A stretch of 32,000 nucleotides of DNA from Sedimentisphaera cyanobacteriorum (lineage in GTDB: Bacteria; Planctomycetota; Phycisphaerae; Sedimentisphaerales; Sedimentisphaeraceae). The stretch is from positions 1,320,001 through 1,352,000 of the forward strand of contig NZ_CP019633.1 in the NCBI RefSeq assembly GCF_001997385.1. Reading direction: 5' to 3'. This document shows, in pieces, positions 17,747 to 29,306 of the stretch (positions are counted from its first letter, which is position 1; the number at the start of each line of letters is the position of its first letter). The notes beneath the pieces were generated by a model. The model saw only the letters and a program-made list of their open reading frames with translations, had not been told where the DNA came from and searched no databases. Position numbers and translations under genes: made by a program.

Positions 17747-18607
17747 ATGGTCTCAGCAGCTAATTTACTACTTGGATATATATATATAATCTGGCTTGCA
17801 GCAGCGGGTTTTGCAGGCATTAAATGGGCATTTAATACCGGTTTGGGCGCTGGCGCTCTGCGCAGAATGCCCCCTTGGCACAGAACTCAGCCGCTTGGTT
17901 CGGTTCTGCTGGCCGCCGGCAGCTATATCATCCTCGCTTCGGCATTTTCCGAAGGTCTCAAAACAATTATGTCCGATACAATGCTGCCTCAGCAGATAGG
18001 GATGGCCTCTGCCGGGATAATCACAATAGTCTTCCTTGAGATGTATTTCCGTTCATTCCATTTTGAGGGCATTTCTTCATTGGGTTTAAGTTTTCGGAAT
18101 TTTGGAAGCAATTTTAAATCTGCCGGCAAGTTTATACTCACCGTTTACCCTTTTATCTCGCTTAGCGTGATTCTCACCACTCGCCTTTTGGGTCTTCTAA
18201 GCGATGATTTTCAGCCTCAGAACCATCCCTTTATAGATGATCTTCTTGCAAAAAGGCAAGACGGCAGCTTCCTTCTCGCAAGCATCGCAGCGGGCGTGAA
18301 TATAGTGTTGGTGGCTCCGTTTGTTGAGGAAACGATTTTCCGCGGCCTTGTTCAGAGCGGGCTCAATTCCGCCACAGGAAGGCGGGGACTGCCGATTGTG
18401 ATTACATCTGCGATTTTTGCCGTGGTTCACGGGGCAGGCGTTTGGACGCACTGGCCTTCATTGATGCTTTTCTCGCTGGTGCTTGGATATGCCTATGAGA
18501 AGAAGCGATCCCTTACGGTCTGCATTCTCCTGCATTCGATGTTCAATTTCATAAGCCTTGCTATGAGTCTTCTGGCGGGGGATTTATACAGGCTGACAGG
18601 CGGTTAA
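17747..18607 (+). CDS. CPBP-family intramembrane glutamic endopeptidase (CAAX protease/Abi family)
   Basis: A polytopic membrane protein with the CPBP motifs VAPFVEETIFRGLVQ (EExxxR), FAVVHG and HSMFNF. Confidence 0.8.
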   Translation: MVSAANLLLGYIYIIWLAAAGFAGIKWAFNTGLGAGALRRMPPWHRTQPLGSVLLAAGSYIILASAFSEGLKTIMSDTMLPQQIGMASAGIITIVFLEMYFRSFHFEGISSLGLSFRNFGSNFKSAGKFILTVYPFISLSVILTTRLLGLLSDDFQPQNHPFIDDLLAKRQDGSFLLASIAAGVNIVLVAPFVEETIFRGLVQSGLNSATGRRGLPIVITSAIFAVVHGAGVWTHWPSLMLFSLVLGYAYEKKRSLTVCILLHSMFNFISLAMSLLAGDLYRLTGG

Positions 18608-18666
18608 ACTTTTTAAAACTCTTTCGCAAATTTTCATTATGGTTATATTATTCCTTTAAGGTTAAT

Positions 18667-21600
18667 ATGAATTCCTGCGAAGAGAAAATCATTGAAGCCC
18701 TCAGCTCAGGCACGGGACGGATTGTATGTACGGGCAGCTGGGGAGCTTATCCGTCTTGGCTGGCCTCAAGGCTTTCTGAAAGGCTCAGCCGAGCGATTCT
18801 GATTGTGCACCCGCACATAGAGGATTCAGACTGCGCTGCCGATGAGATACATTCATTCAGTTCAAGGCGTCCTCTGTATCTGCCTGCTTGGGAAGGCGAG
18901 CAGGACTTGAGCGATTCGGTGGGCGAAACAGCAGCGGAGCGTCTAAAGGCAGCTGCGAAAATCCCAGAGCTTTCAGGAGGCGATGTTATGTGCGCTTCTG
19001 TTCAGGCATTGTCCCAGCCCCTTCCAGACCCTGAAGGGCTTGAGAAAGATGCCCTTTCGATTGCCTGCGGGAAATCAATAGAACCTGAACTTGCCGCAAG
19101 CTGGCTCGCAGACCAAGGCTATGAGCCCTGCGAGGCGGTAGATGCACCGGGCGAATTTGCCAAACGTGGCGGAATACTCGATATCTACCCGCCTGCTGCC
19201 GGAATTACAGACACTCAGGGGCACTCAGAGAAAACAAGGCCTGTCCGGATTGAGTTTTTCGGCGATGAGGTGGAAACAATCCGATACATCAATCTGGATA
19301 ACCAAACATCCGAGGGTGAGATCCAGAAAGCGGAAATCTATTCACGCATTCAGCCTATGCCTGAGGGCGGGCTGAGCGTGTTTGACCTTATCAGCGAGGA
19401 GGCGGTGATTATCTTTGCAGAACCGGCCGAGGCAGGTGAGGTTCTTCAGGCATATTTGAGCAGGGCAGAAGGCAGCGGAAAATACTTCACCTTCAGCGAA
19501 ATCTACAAAGCTGCATCAAGGCTAAGGCTGATTGAAGTCAGCAGGTTCGGTTCAGCAGGCGGTGAAGAAAACCACATCCAGCTATGCGCTGAGAGCATAG
19601 AAAAATACAAAACTGAGGCAGGTTCTGCCCTTGAGAAGAGCCAGCAGGCCCTCGCAAAGCTCTGCGAAAAGGCCGAAAGCGGCGAGCAGGTTCTGCTTTA
19701 CTGCGAATCAGCGGGTCAAATCAAACGAACAAAGCAGCTTATCTTATCTCAGCGAAACTTTGTACCGGAGAATCTGCAAATAAATATTGGCTATGTTCGC
19801 GAGGGATTCTCCAGCAGGCAGGAAGGGCTTATCGTAATAGGCCATCATGAAATTTTCGCTCGCGAATTTGTTCGCAGACGCGCAGCGAGGATCCGCAGTT
19901 CTGCGGGCGTGCATTCACTCTCCGATCTAACCTCGGGCGACTTCGTAGTGCATATAACAAACGGCATCGCAATCTACCGCGGCACAAAAATCATCGAGCA
20001 GAATGACTGTCCAAGGGAGCATATGATTCTCGAATTCGCTGATGATGCAAAGATATTCGTGCCTGTGGAAAATATCAGCCTCGTACACAAATATATCGGC
20101 TCTGGCGGTATGAAGCCTTCGCTGAGCAGGCTCGGAGGCAAACGCTGGTTCAACCAGAAGAAGAAGGCCTACGATGCTGTTATGGATATGGCCTCTGAAA
20201 TGCTTGAGCTTCAGGCAAAACGCAAAGAGGCCGGCGGATTTGCATTCTCGCAAGACTGCGACTGGCAAAGGGAGTTTGAAGATGCATTCCCCTATCAGGA
20301 AACGGCCGATCAGATCAAAGCTATAGAGCAGATAAAGGCCGATATGCAAACAGCAAAGCCGATGGAGAGGCTGCTGTGCGGGGATGTAGGCTACGGAAAA
20401 ACAGAGATCGCTATGCGCGGGGCGTTTAAGGCCGTGCTTTCAGGCAAGCAAACTGCCCTGCTCGCCCCAACCACCATCTTAACTCTTCAGCATGCAAACA
20501 CTTTCCGAAACAGGTTTGCCGGATATCCTGTTCGAATAGAGGTGCTGAACAGGTTTGTATCTCCCGGACGGGCAAAAGAGATCATCGCTGAATCCAGAGC
20601 AGGCAGAATAGATATCCTCATCGGCACTCACAGGCTTTTATCGAATGATATAGCCTTTGCCGATCTCGGGCTTCTTATTATCGATGAGGAGCAGAGGTTC
20701 GGCGTTGAGCACAAGGAAAAGCTCAAGAAGCTGAAAGTGAACGTTGACATCCTCTCGCTCTCGGCAACGCCTATACCTCGCACTCTGCATATGTCTCTTA
20801 TGGGGCTGCGGGATATCAGCACGCTCTCAACGCCCCCGCTGGACAGAAGGAGCGTGGCAACATCAATCCACCGCTACGACAGCTCCCTCATAAAGCAGAT
20901 TATATCAAGGGAGCTTGCAAGGGAGGGGCAGGTATTCTTTTTGCATAATATCGTGAAAACAATAGACAAAACAGCAAACCACCTCCGCGAGCTCTTCCCC
21001 GATTCGAATATCGCTGCAGCGCACGGACAGATGCACAAAAAGAAACTCGAAAAGGCAATGCTCGATTTTGCAATGAAGAAAATCGATATCCTTGTATGCA
21101 GCACCATAATTGAATCAGGCATTGATATTCCAAACGCAAATACTATTGTGATAAACAATGCAGACCGCTTCGGCCTCGCCCAGCTCCATCAGCTCCGAGG
21201 AAGGGTAGGCAGGTTCAAACGAAAAGCAAGAGCAGAGCTGCTTATCCCGCCGGACAGACCAATCACCCCCGTTGCTGCGAGAAGGCTTAAGGCGATTGAG
21301 GAGTATTCTGAGCTCGGGGCGGGTTTTAAGATTGCACTGCGCGATCTGGAGATAAGAGGCGCGGGAAATATCCTCGGTGCGGAGCAGTCCGGGCATATCG
21401 ACACAGTAGGCTATGAGCTGTACTGCCAAATGCTCAAGAATGCAGTAAAGCAGCTGAAAGGCGACCATACCCTACCCAAACCCGAAACTTCGCTCGACCT
21501 TGGATTCACCGCACACATCCCCAAAAACTACATCCCTTCAGACAAGCAGAGGCTCGGGGCATACCGAAAGGCCGCTGAAGCTGAAACGCTTGAAGACCTC

Positions 21601-21909
21601 AAACTTCTCGAAAAGGAGCTCAAAGACCTTTTCGGAGCTCTTCCTGAGCAGGTTGTATGGCTGATAGACCTAGCGAAAATAAAGCTCAGGGCTTCTGAAA
21701 ACCTGATTGAAAGAATCAGGGCTGAGGGGAAAGACCTTGTCTTTTCGTTCAGCCCGCAGGCAGAGGATTCCAAAGCAGCCGACATCTTCAGCAGAACCTC
21801 ACGCAGGGTTACAGCGGTTGACAAGAAAACTGTCCACGTGCGGCTGAGCAAAAATCACTTCGAACCGCCCACAGTGCTCTCATTTCTAAGAAAAATCTTC
21901 GTCTGCTGA
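18667..21909 (+). CDS. mfd: Transcription-repair coupling factor Mfd
   Basis: The 1080-aa ORF has a UvrB-homology N-terminus, a CarD/RID region (GDFVVHITNGIAIYRG), FPYQETADQ, SF2 motifs (GDVGYGKTE, IIDEEQRFG, LSATPIPRT) and a TRG/translocation region. Confidence 0.95.
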   Translation: MNSCEEKIIEALSSGTGRIVCTGSWGAYPSWLASRLSERLSRAILIVHPHIEDSDCAADEIHSFSSRRPLYLPAWEGEQDLSDSVGETAAERLKAAAKIPELSGGDVMCASVQALSQPLPDPEGLEKDALSIACGKSIEPELAASWLADQGYEPCEAVDAPGEFAKRGGILDIYPPAAGITDTQGHSEKTRPVRIEFFGDEVETIRYINLDNQTSEGEIQKAEIYSRIQPMPEGGLSVFDLISEEAVIIFAEPAEAGEVLQAYLSRAEGSGKYFTFSEIYKAASRLRLIEVSRFGSAGGEENHIQLCAESIEKYKTEAGSALEKSQQALAKLCEKAESGEQVLLYCESAGQIKRTKQLILSQRNFVPENLQINIGYVREGFSSRQEGLIVIGHHEIFAREFVRRRAARIRSSAGVHSLSDLTSGDFVVHITNGIAIYRGTKIIEQNDCPREHMILEFADDAKIFVPVENISLVHKYIGSGGMKPSLSRLGGKRWFNQKKKAYDAVMDMASEMLELQAKRKEAGGFAFSQDCDWQREFEDAFPYQETADQIKAIEQIKADMQTAKPMERLLCGDVGYGKTEIAMRGAFKAVLSGKQTALLAPTTILTLQHANTFRNRFAGYPVRIEVLNRFVSPGRAKEIIAESRAGRIDILIGTHRLLSNDIAFADLGLLIIDEEQRFGVEHKEKLKKLKVNVDILSLSATPIPRTLHMSLMGLRDISTLSTPPLDRRSVATSIHRYDSSLIKQIISRELAREGQVFFLHNIVKTIDKTANHLRELFPDSNIAAAHGQMHKKKLEKAMLDFAMKKIDILVCSTIIESGIDIPNANTIVINNADRFGLAQLHQLRGRVGRFKRKARAELLIPPDRPITPVAARRLKAIEEYSELGAGFKIALRDLEIRGAGNILGAEQSGHIDTVGYELYCQMLKNAVKQLKGDHTLPKPETSLDLGFTAHIPKNYIPSDKQRLGAYRKAAEAETLEDLKLLEKELKDLFGALPEQVVWLIDLAKIKLRASENLIERIRAEGKDLVFSFSPQAEDSKAADIFSRTSRRVTAVDKKTVHVRLSKNHFEPPTVLSFLRKIFVC

Positions 21910-22004
21910 ATTTTGTTTGACACTGCACGGGGTTTTTATACGATACGCCGCTCAGTTTTTGTGAAACAAAAGAACAAAACAAAATTAAACCGGACTTTTA
22001 CAAT

Positions 22005-22703
22005 ATGCGCAGAAAAGGCTTCACTTTAATAGAGCTTCTTGTGGTAATAAGCATTATCGCCCTGCTGATGAGCTTTCTGATTCCGGCTCTCGCTGAGGCG
22101 AGGGATGTTGCAAAACGAACCGTATGCAGCAGCAGCCTCAGGCAGATAGCCGCTGGCTCTGAAATGTACACGCAGGACAACGGGCTTGAATATATGGCAG
22201 GCGGAGATCCCCTGCCTTCCGGAGTGTGGCTCTGGATGGGGCGAGGCTTCAGGGATTACGTAAAGCCGTATCTCGACAATCAGGAAGGCAGAACGAGCGT
22301 GCTATCCTGCCCGGGAGACCGCACAGCAGAAAATAAATACGAAGCCACAAGCTACGCATACTCAATGAGCTTCTACCACAGTCCTGAGCAGATCAATTCC
22401 ATCTCCAGCGTTGCCGGCACTTGGACAGGTGAGCTCAAGGCGGTTCCGCAGAAGACGGGCAGCGCATCGCACCCGTCGCAGAAGATTATGTTCGGCGAAT
22501 GGTACAGCAATCACGAGCAGGTCGAAAACGGCGAGGACGGGGGATGGTGGTGCTGGAAAGGGGCGAGAAATTTCCTCTTCGCCGATACCCACGTGGATTT
22601 CCTCAAGGCAGAAGAACTCGAAACGGCAAACGACAGCCTGCCCGATCCGAACGTTACGAAAAACGGAATTAAAGGCATCGATTACAGAGGTGCCAGCAAA
22701 TAG
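22005..22703 (+). CDS. Prepilin-type N-terminal cleavage/methylation domain protein, DUF1559 / H-X9-DG type
   Basis: The N-terminus [19 protein letters not shown] is the type IV pilin/pseudopilin leader plus hydrophobic helix. The C-terminal FADTHVDFL resembles the H-X9-DG tail of the large PVC-group paralog family. Confidence 0.85.
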   Translation: MRRKGFTLIELLVVISIIALLMSFLIPALAEARDVAKRTVCSSSLRQIAAGSEMYTQDNGLEYMAGGDPLPSGVWLWMGRGFRDYVKPYLDNQEGRTSVLSCPGDRTAENKYEATSYAYSMSFYHSPEQINSISSVAGTWTGELKAVPQKTGSASHPSQKIMFGEWYSNHEQVENGEDGGWWCWKGARNFLFADTHVDFLKAEELETANDSLPDPNVTKNGIKGIDYRGASK

Positions 22704-22940
22704 GATTAGTTTTCCAGGCTTTTTTGCTTCAATTTTGCGGCTCTGTAATTTCCGCCCGTTAAGCAGCTCTAATATTCACTAAGGACTGTTAGACAAGATT
22801 ATCTGCGCGATAAATATATTTGCTGAAAACCAGCAAGTTCTTAAGGGCAAAAAACATTTTCTTATAAAGTGTTATATTATAACGCTTTACATCCATTAAA
22901 ATGCCGCTGGCGAATGCGCGGGTGAGTGTATCAAGCATAT

Positions 22941-23216
22941 CTATTCTGCCTCTGAGGTTTCGAATTCTATTCCCCCAACCTTTGAGGCGAGGAAATTGTA
23001 TATTGCAATCATAATTGAGAGAAAAACAAACCCCATGACAGATAAAATAACGGGCATAAGCAGAAAAACTATTCCCGGAATCCTGTTCTCCGGATTCTCA
23101 GTAAATAGAACGAGAAATAAACCTGCAACAGCGGGCGGAAGGCCGAAGAAGAAATACAAAAGCGATACCACCCTGCTGCTCTGAAAAACTGATACTCTTG
23201 AGATTTGTTTTTTCAT
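22941..23216 (-). CDS. Small hypothetical membrane protein (91 aa, 2 TM)
   Basis: It has two long hydrophobic segments (VVSLLYFFFGLPPAVAGLFLVLF and IVFLLMPVILSVMGFVFLSIMIAIY). I could not recognise a family. Confidence 0.45.
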   Translation of the reverse strand: MKKQISRVSVFQSSRVVSLLYFFFGLPPAVAGLFLVLFTENPENRIPGIVFLLMPVILSVMGFVFLSIMIAIYNFLASKVGGIEFETSEAE

Positions 23217-23346
23217 CCTGCTTCCTTATATGTGCAAAACTTATCTTTACAAAAACGATATTCGAAATATACCATAATGGATTTTCGGTTCAAGGGAAAA
23301 AGATTATTCTTTCTGCATTTAATTCAATGGAACAGAGCTTGCCTAA

Positions 23347-25392
<2,046 letters not shown>

Positions 25393-25412
25393 ATTAGATT
25401 AAGGCGGTTTTT

Positions 25413-26933
25413 ATGATTCGATACACACTAATCCTGCTATCAGCAGCAGCAATGTGTTTTTCTGCTGAGTACTACGTTAACAGCAGTGAAGGCAATGACA
25501 ATAATTCAGGAACAAGCCCGCAAAAGGCTTTCAAAACACTTGAAAAAGCTAACTCCATAACTCTCAAGCCCGGCGACAAACTGCTTTTCAAGGCGGGCGA
25601 GAAATTTGCCGGCCACTTCAAGCCTCAGGGCTGCGGCGAAGAAGGCAAACGGATTCACATCGGAAGCTACGGCGAAGGAGACAAGCCGAAAATCGCAGGC
25701 GGAGGAAGATTCCCCGAAGCCGTTCATCTTTTCAATATGGAATACGTTACGCTGGAAGGGCTCGCTATTACCAATACCGGCAGCAAACCCGAACCCGGGC
25801 GAAGAGGGCTTCGGATTGAGCTGAAAGACTTCGGCGAAGGAAACGATATCCGAATCAGCAATCTTTTTATACACGATGTAAACGGCAGCAAGTATAAGAA
25901 GAAAAAAGGCGGCGGGTCTGCAATTATCTGGCAGAATCACGGCAAGGAAAAGAAAACCCGCTTCGACGGGCTTGTAATTGAAAACTGCCATTTGAAAGAC
26001 TGCGTTCGAAACGGAATGAATTCGCGAGGCTATACAAACCGCGAGAACTGGCATCCGAGCCTGAATGTAGTGGTTCGAGACAATCTGCTTGAGGGGATCC
26101 CGGGCGACGGAATCGTGCCTATAGGCTGCGACGGGGCTCTAATCGAAGGCAACGTTATGCGGGACTGCCCGAGAATGCTCGAGAAAGGCGATGCAGCAGC
26201 GGGCATCTGGCCTTGGTCTTCGGACAATACGATCATTCAGTACAACGAAGTATCCGACCACAAGGCCTGCTGGGACGGCCAAGGCTTCGACTCAGACTGG
26301 AACTGCCGCGGGACGATAATCCAGTACAACTACAGCCACGACAACGAAGGCGGCTTCCTGCTTATATGCTGCAACGGCGGGGCAAGCAAGTCTAAAAGGA
26401 TAAACGATGGAACGATAGTCCGCTACAATATCAGCATAAACGACGGGCTCCGCACCGAAGGCCATGCCGCCGGCTTCTCGCCCACCTTCCACATATCCGG
26501 CCCTGTTACCAATACACGAATCTACAACAATCTGATTTACGTGCCCCGAAAGAACTCCAAAGAGATAGACCGCACGATTGTGGAGATGGACAACTGGGGC
26601 GGGCCTTACCCTGAAAATACGCTCTTTGCGAACAATATCTTCTACGTGGAAGGGAAGGCGGATTTCATAATGGCAGGCAGCAGAAAAACCAGATTTATGA
26701 ACAATCTGTATTCAGGCGAATTTGAAGACCGCCCGAAAGACAGCAAAGCTATTACTGACAAGCCGCGTTTCAAAGGAAGCTTCACAGACGAAAACGGGCT
26801 TTGGAATCCGATGGGCTTCCAGCTCGCTCCCGACTCTCCCGGCGCCGATGCGGGGATGTATATCAGCGGAAACGGCGGAAAGAACTACAAGGGCAAAAAG
26901 CTCGATTATCCGATAAACGTCGGGGCGTTTTAA
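25413..26933 (+). CDS. Secreted right-handed parallel beta-helix repeat protein (probable polysaccharide-active enzyme)
   Basis: It has a signal peptide, and the N-terminus YYVNSSEGNDNNSGTSPQKAFKTLEKA is typical of beta-helix/pectate-lyase-fold proteins. Short Gly/Asn/Ile-rich turns repeat along the sequence. Substrate is unknown. Confidence 0.65.
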   Translation: MIRYTLILLSAAAMCFSAEYYVNSSEGNDNNSGTSPQKAFKTLEKANSITLKPGDKLLFKAGEKFAGHFKPQGCGEEGKRIHIGSYGEGDKPKIAGGGRFPEAVHLFNMEYVTLEGLAITNTGSKPEPGRRGLRIELKDFGEGNDIRISNLFIHDVNGSKYKKKKGGGSAIIWQNHGKEKKTRFDGLVIENCHLKDCVRNGMNSRGYTNRENWHPSLNVVVRDNLLEGIPGDGIVPIGCDGALIEGNVMRDCPRMLEKGDAAAGIWPWSSDNTIIQYNEVSDHKACWDGQGFDSDWNCRGTIIQYNYSHDNEGGFLLICCNGGASKSKRINDGTIVRYNISINDGLRTEGHAAGFSPTFHISGPVTNTRIYNNLIYVPRKNSKEIDRTIVEMDNWGGPYPENTLFANNIFYVEGKADFIMAGSRKTRFMNNLYSGEFEDRPKDSKAITDKPRFKGSFTDENGLWNPMGFQLAPDSPGADAGMYISGNGGKNYKGKKLDYPINVGAF

Positions 26934-26941
26934 TCGGGCTG

Positions 26942-28054
26942 TTAAATTTCGCTTATATCTCTGGCGAGTGCGGTGAATCTTATATCTTTATCGAACGGGG
27001 TGAATTCGGTGTGGCAAAGCCGGCTTCGGGGGAGCCCTGCCATCGCCTCGGGCAGGCTGTCTTTTCCAGCTGAGCAAAGCAGTTTCGGCGCCGTGTACAC
27101 CCAAAACTCATCTGCAAGCCCGCAGCGGATGAATTCGCTGAGCAGCTCCGGGCCCGCTTCCACCATCACCCTCTGGGCTTTCAAAGCGGAAAGTTTGTCC
27201 AGCACGCCCCTGATGCTGCAGCGGCCGTTCTCGTCTTTCTGAGCACGCTCAACATCCACTCCGCAATCCTTAATCTCTTGGATTTTTTCCTCATCGTTTG
27301 AAAGCGTGAAAATCGTGAGCGGGGCAGCATCGATGCTTTGGAAAAGCTTCATATCCAGCCTGATTCTCAGCTTAGAATCAAGGATAATCCTGTGCGGACT
27401 TCTGCCGCAGGAAGGCCTTGCTGTAAGCATGGGATCGTCTGCGAGAACCGTACCGATTCCTGCAAGGATATAATCGCAGCTCCTTCGCAGCCGGTGAACA
27501 TCCTGCCTGCTCGCCTCCGAGGTGAGCCATACGGTATTTCCGCCGGCATCTGTTTCGCTCATATATCCATCGAGGCTCTGCGCCCATTTGAGGATAACCC
27601 ACGGGCGGGAACGCCGGCTTTGCTTGATAAAAGCCGGATTCAGAAGCTCGGCCTGCTCTCTGCACATCCCCACTTGCACTTTAATCCCTGCTTTACGAAG
27701 CATATCAAACCCCCTGCCGGCCACCTTCTCGCTCGGGTCTTCCATTGCCGCTGTCACCTCAGACACCTCAGCTTCAATAAGGGCTGCTGCGCAGGGCGGG
27801 GTTTTGCCGTAATGACTGCATGGCTCGAGAGTAACGTAAACTGTACTGCCGGCTGGGCTGAGCCCTTTAAGGCGGCAGTCTTTAAGGGCGTTTATCTCCG
27901 CATGCTCTTTGCCGAACTGCTTATGCCAGCCCTCGCCGATTACCTCGCCTGAAGGGCTTACTATAACGCAGCCCACCATAGGATTCGGCTCAACGCTGCC
28001 AAAGCCGCGCCGGGCAAGCTCTATCGCCCAATGCATATATTGTTCGTAAGCCAT
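26942..28054 (-). CDS. ribD: Bifunctional riboflavin biosynthesis protein RibD (pyrimidine deaminase / uracil reductase)
   Basis: It has the CDA zinc motifs HAEINAL and TLEPCSHYGKTPPCA, then a RibD_C reductase domain. It converges on the beta-helix gene with only an 8-nt gap. Confidence 0.93.
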   Translation of the reverse strand: MAYEQYMHWAIELARRGFGSVEPNPMVGCVIVSPSGEVIGEGWHKQFGKEHAEINALKDCRLKGLSPAGSTVYVTLEPCSHYGKTPPCAAALIEAEVSEVTAAMEDPSEKVAGRGFDMLRKAGIKVQVGMCREQAELLNPAFIKQSRRSRPWVILKWAQSLDGYMSETDAGGNTVWLTSEASRQDVHRLRRSCDYILAGIGTVLADDPMLTARPSCGRSPHRIILDSKLRIRLDMKLFQSIDAAPLTIFTLSNDEEKIQEIKDCGVDVERAQKDENGRCSIRGVLDKLSALKAQRVMVEAGPELLSEFIRCGLADEFWVYTAPKLLCSAGKDSLPEAMAGLPRSRLCHTEFTPFDKDIRFTALARDISEI

Positions 28055-28065
28055 AATTCTGCCTT

Positions 28066-28099
28066 AAAAAAGGGGCAATCCCTTTAAAGATTGCCCCTT
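28066..28099 (-). terminator. Strong rho-independent terminator after the ferredoxin gene, immediately upstream of the ribD RBS
   Basis: On the minus strand: stem aaggggcaatc / gattgcccctt (11 bp perfect), an 8-nt loop and T6, followed by AAGG-N7-ATG of ribD. Confidence 0.7.
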
Positions 28100-28127
28100 G
28101 AACTGCTGTTTCAAAGCATTACACGGT

Positions 28128-28304
28128 TTATTCCATGGAGATTGCCTCTACCGGGCACTCATCAACGCACGCACCGCAGTCGATGCATGCATCTGCATCA
28201 ACTTCAGCCTTGCCGTTGTCGTCGAGAGAGATTGCTTCTACTGGGCACGCATCAACGCAGGCCCCGCAGCCGGTGCAGGTTTCCTTATCGATAACTGCTG
28301 GCAT
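28128..28304 (-). CDS. 2x[4Fe-4S] bacterial-type ferredoxin (58 aa)
   Basis: It has two CxxCxxCxxxCP motifs (CTGCGACVDACP and CIDCGACVDECP). The start is chosen at ATG 28304, which has AAAGGA 8 nt upstream. The ORF-track start at 28313 has no spacer after the SD. Confidence 0.85.
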   Translation of the reverse strand: MPAVIDKETCTGCGACVDACPVEAISLDDNGKAEVDADACIDCGACVDECPVEAISME

Positions 28305-28370
28305 AATTAACATCCTTTCACAAAATTAAGTTAATTCTCATTCTTTCTGCTCACTTCAAACTGTGAACAA

Positions 28371-28384
28371 TTGTATATATACAA
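28371..28384. promoter_or_regulatory. Perfect 14-bp palindrome TTGTATATATACAA upstream of the ferredoxin gene (candidate operator)
   Basis: The palindrome is perfect and lies ~70 nt upstream of the ferredoxin start in an AT-rich intergenic region. No regulator can be assigned. Confidence 0.3.
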
Positions 28385-28522
28385 AAAAGTTTAAATTGCG
28401 CCAAACAAAAAAATACAATTTTTTCTTAAAAATTTTCCCGCCCGCCCTGCTCTCATCTTTATAAGGCAGAACAGCAGCCCTCTTTGAGCTGAAAACGCTT
28501 GGGCTTTAGGCGGTTTTGAGCC

Positions 28523-29113
28523 TTATTTCCCCTTCCTGAAAAGTCTGTAAGGAAGGGATGCCCTGTAGAATGATGTTGGGTATTTCGTGGGAAAAATCCC
28601 CTCACGCACGCTGCCCACATCACCCACGCTGTAGAATGCTCTGGGGTGGTGCTTGTCTATAAAATCTACAACTTTTTTCAGGTCTTTCTTTTTTATCACG
28701 GAAAACACAATCTTCACCGGCCCTTTCGCTCCGCTGCCGTCAACAACGGTAAAACCGTAGCCTTCGTGCTGGAGTTCTTCCAGCAGGTCTTGGCAGTTTT
28801 TAACTATAAGCACACGCAGCAGCACCTTACCGAGAGCCATCTTCTCGGCAAGCAGAATACCGATATAGCTGCCCGCTGCGAATCCGCCGGCATAAGCTAT
28901 ATAAGAAATCGGGTTGTTCAGATTCTTCATCACCACGCCCATCGCCAATACCCATACAAGCATCTCAAAAAAACCAACCAGAGGGGCAAGCTTTTTCATC
29001 CCCTTGGTTATGAAAATCAGCCGGATTGTCCCAAGCCCCACATCCGCTACGCGGGAGAGGAAAATCAGCACCGGCATTAGAAAATGGGCGAATATGTCGA
29101 ATTCAAATGTCAT
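28523..29113 (-). CDS. UPF0316 family membrane protein (DUF5698 + DUF2179, YebE-like)
   Basis: Its architecture and sequence parallel B. subtilis YebE: three TM helices (GTIRLIFITKG...), then a soluble alpha/beta domain (EGYGFTVVDGSGAKG). The start is chosen at ATG 29113 (GAGGGA RBS) rather than the ORF-track 29221. Confidence 0.8.
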   Translation of the reverse strand: MTFEFDIFAHFLMPVLIFLSRVADVGLGTIRLIFITKGMKKLAPLVGFFEMLVWVLAMGVVMKNLNNPISYIAYAGGFAAGSYIGILLAEKMALGKVLLRVLIVKNCQDLLEELQHEGYGFTVVDGSGAKGPVKIVFSVIKKKDLKKVVDFIDKHHPRAFYSVGDVGSVREGIFPTKYPTSFYRASLPYRLFRKGK

Positions 29114-29306
29114 TTTATCCCTCGCTTTCTTTATACCTAAACAGAGGGCGGGTATGCTAACACCATTAGAGCTGAAAGCAATGTTTAAAAAACTAATTTC
29201 CTGTGAATTACAAAAAAACATATTCTTGATTACTTAAAATAATTGCATAGAATTACTCTAATGTTAATTTAAACTATAAGTTTATATCTTACTTGATGAG
29301 AGTTAT

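Noticed and set aside
28136-28280. A ~50-bp imperfect direct repeat inside the ferredoxin gene (ggagattgcctctaccgggcac... / gagattgcttctactgggcac...). It also creates repeat-looking antisense ORFs at 28091-28329.
   Set aside because: It is explained by the ancient internal duplication of the two CxxCxxCxxxCP(VEAIS) cluster-binding halves of 2x[4Fe-4S] ferredoxins. It is not a mobile or regulatory repeat.
28436-28452. The minus-strand stretch GCAGGGCGGGCGGGAAAATT upstream of ferredoxin/ribD superficially resembles the start of an FMN (RFN) riboswitch (GCAGGGTGAAATTCCC).
   Set aside because: The other conserved RFN segments (ACCGGCGGT, the GGATG/AGTCCG region and the closing helices) are absent from the 209-nt region. 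It also lies upstream of the ferredoxin gene, not directly before a rib gene.
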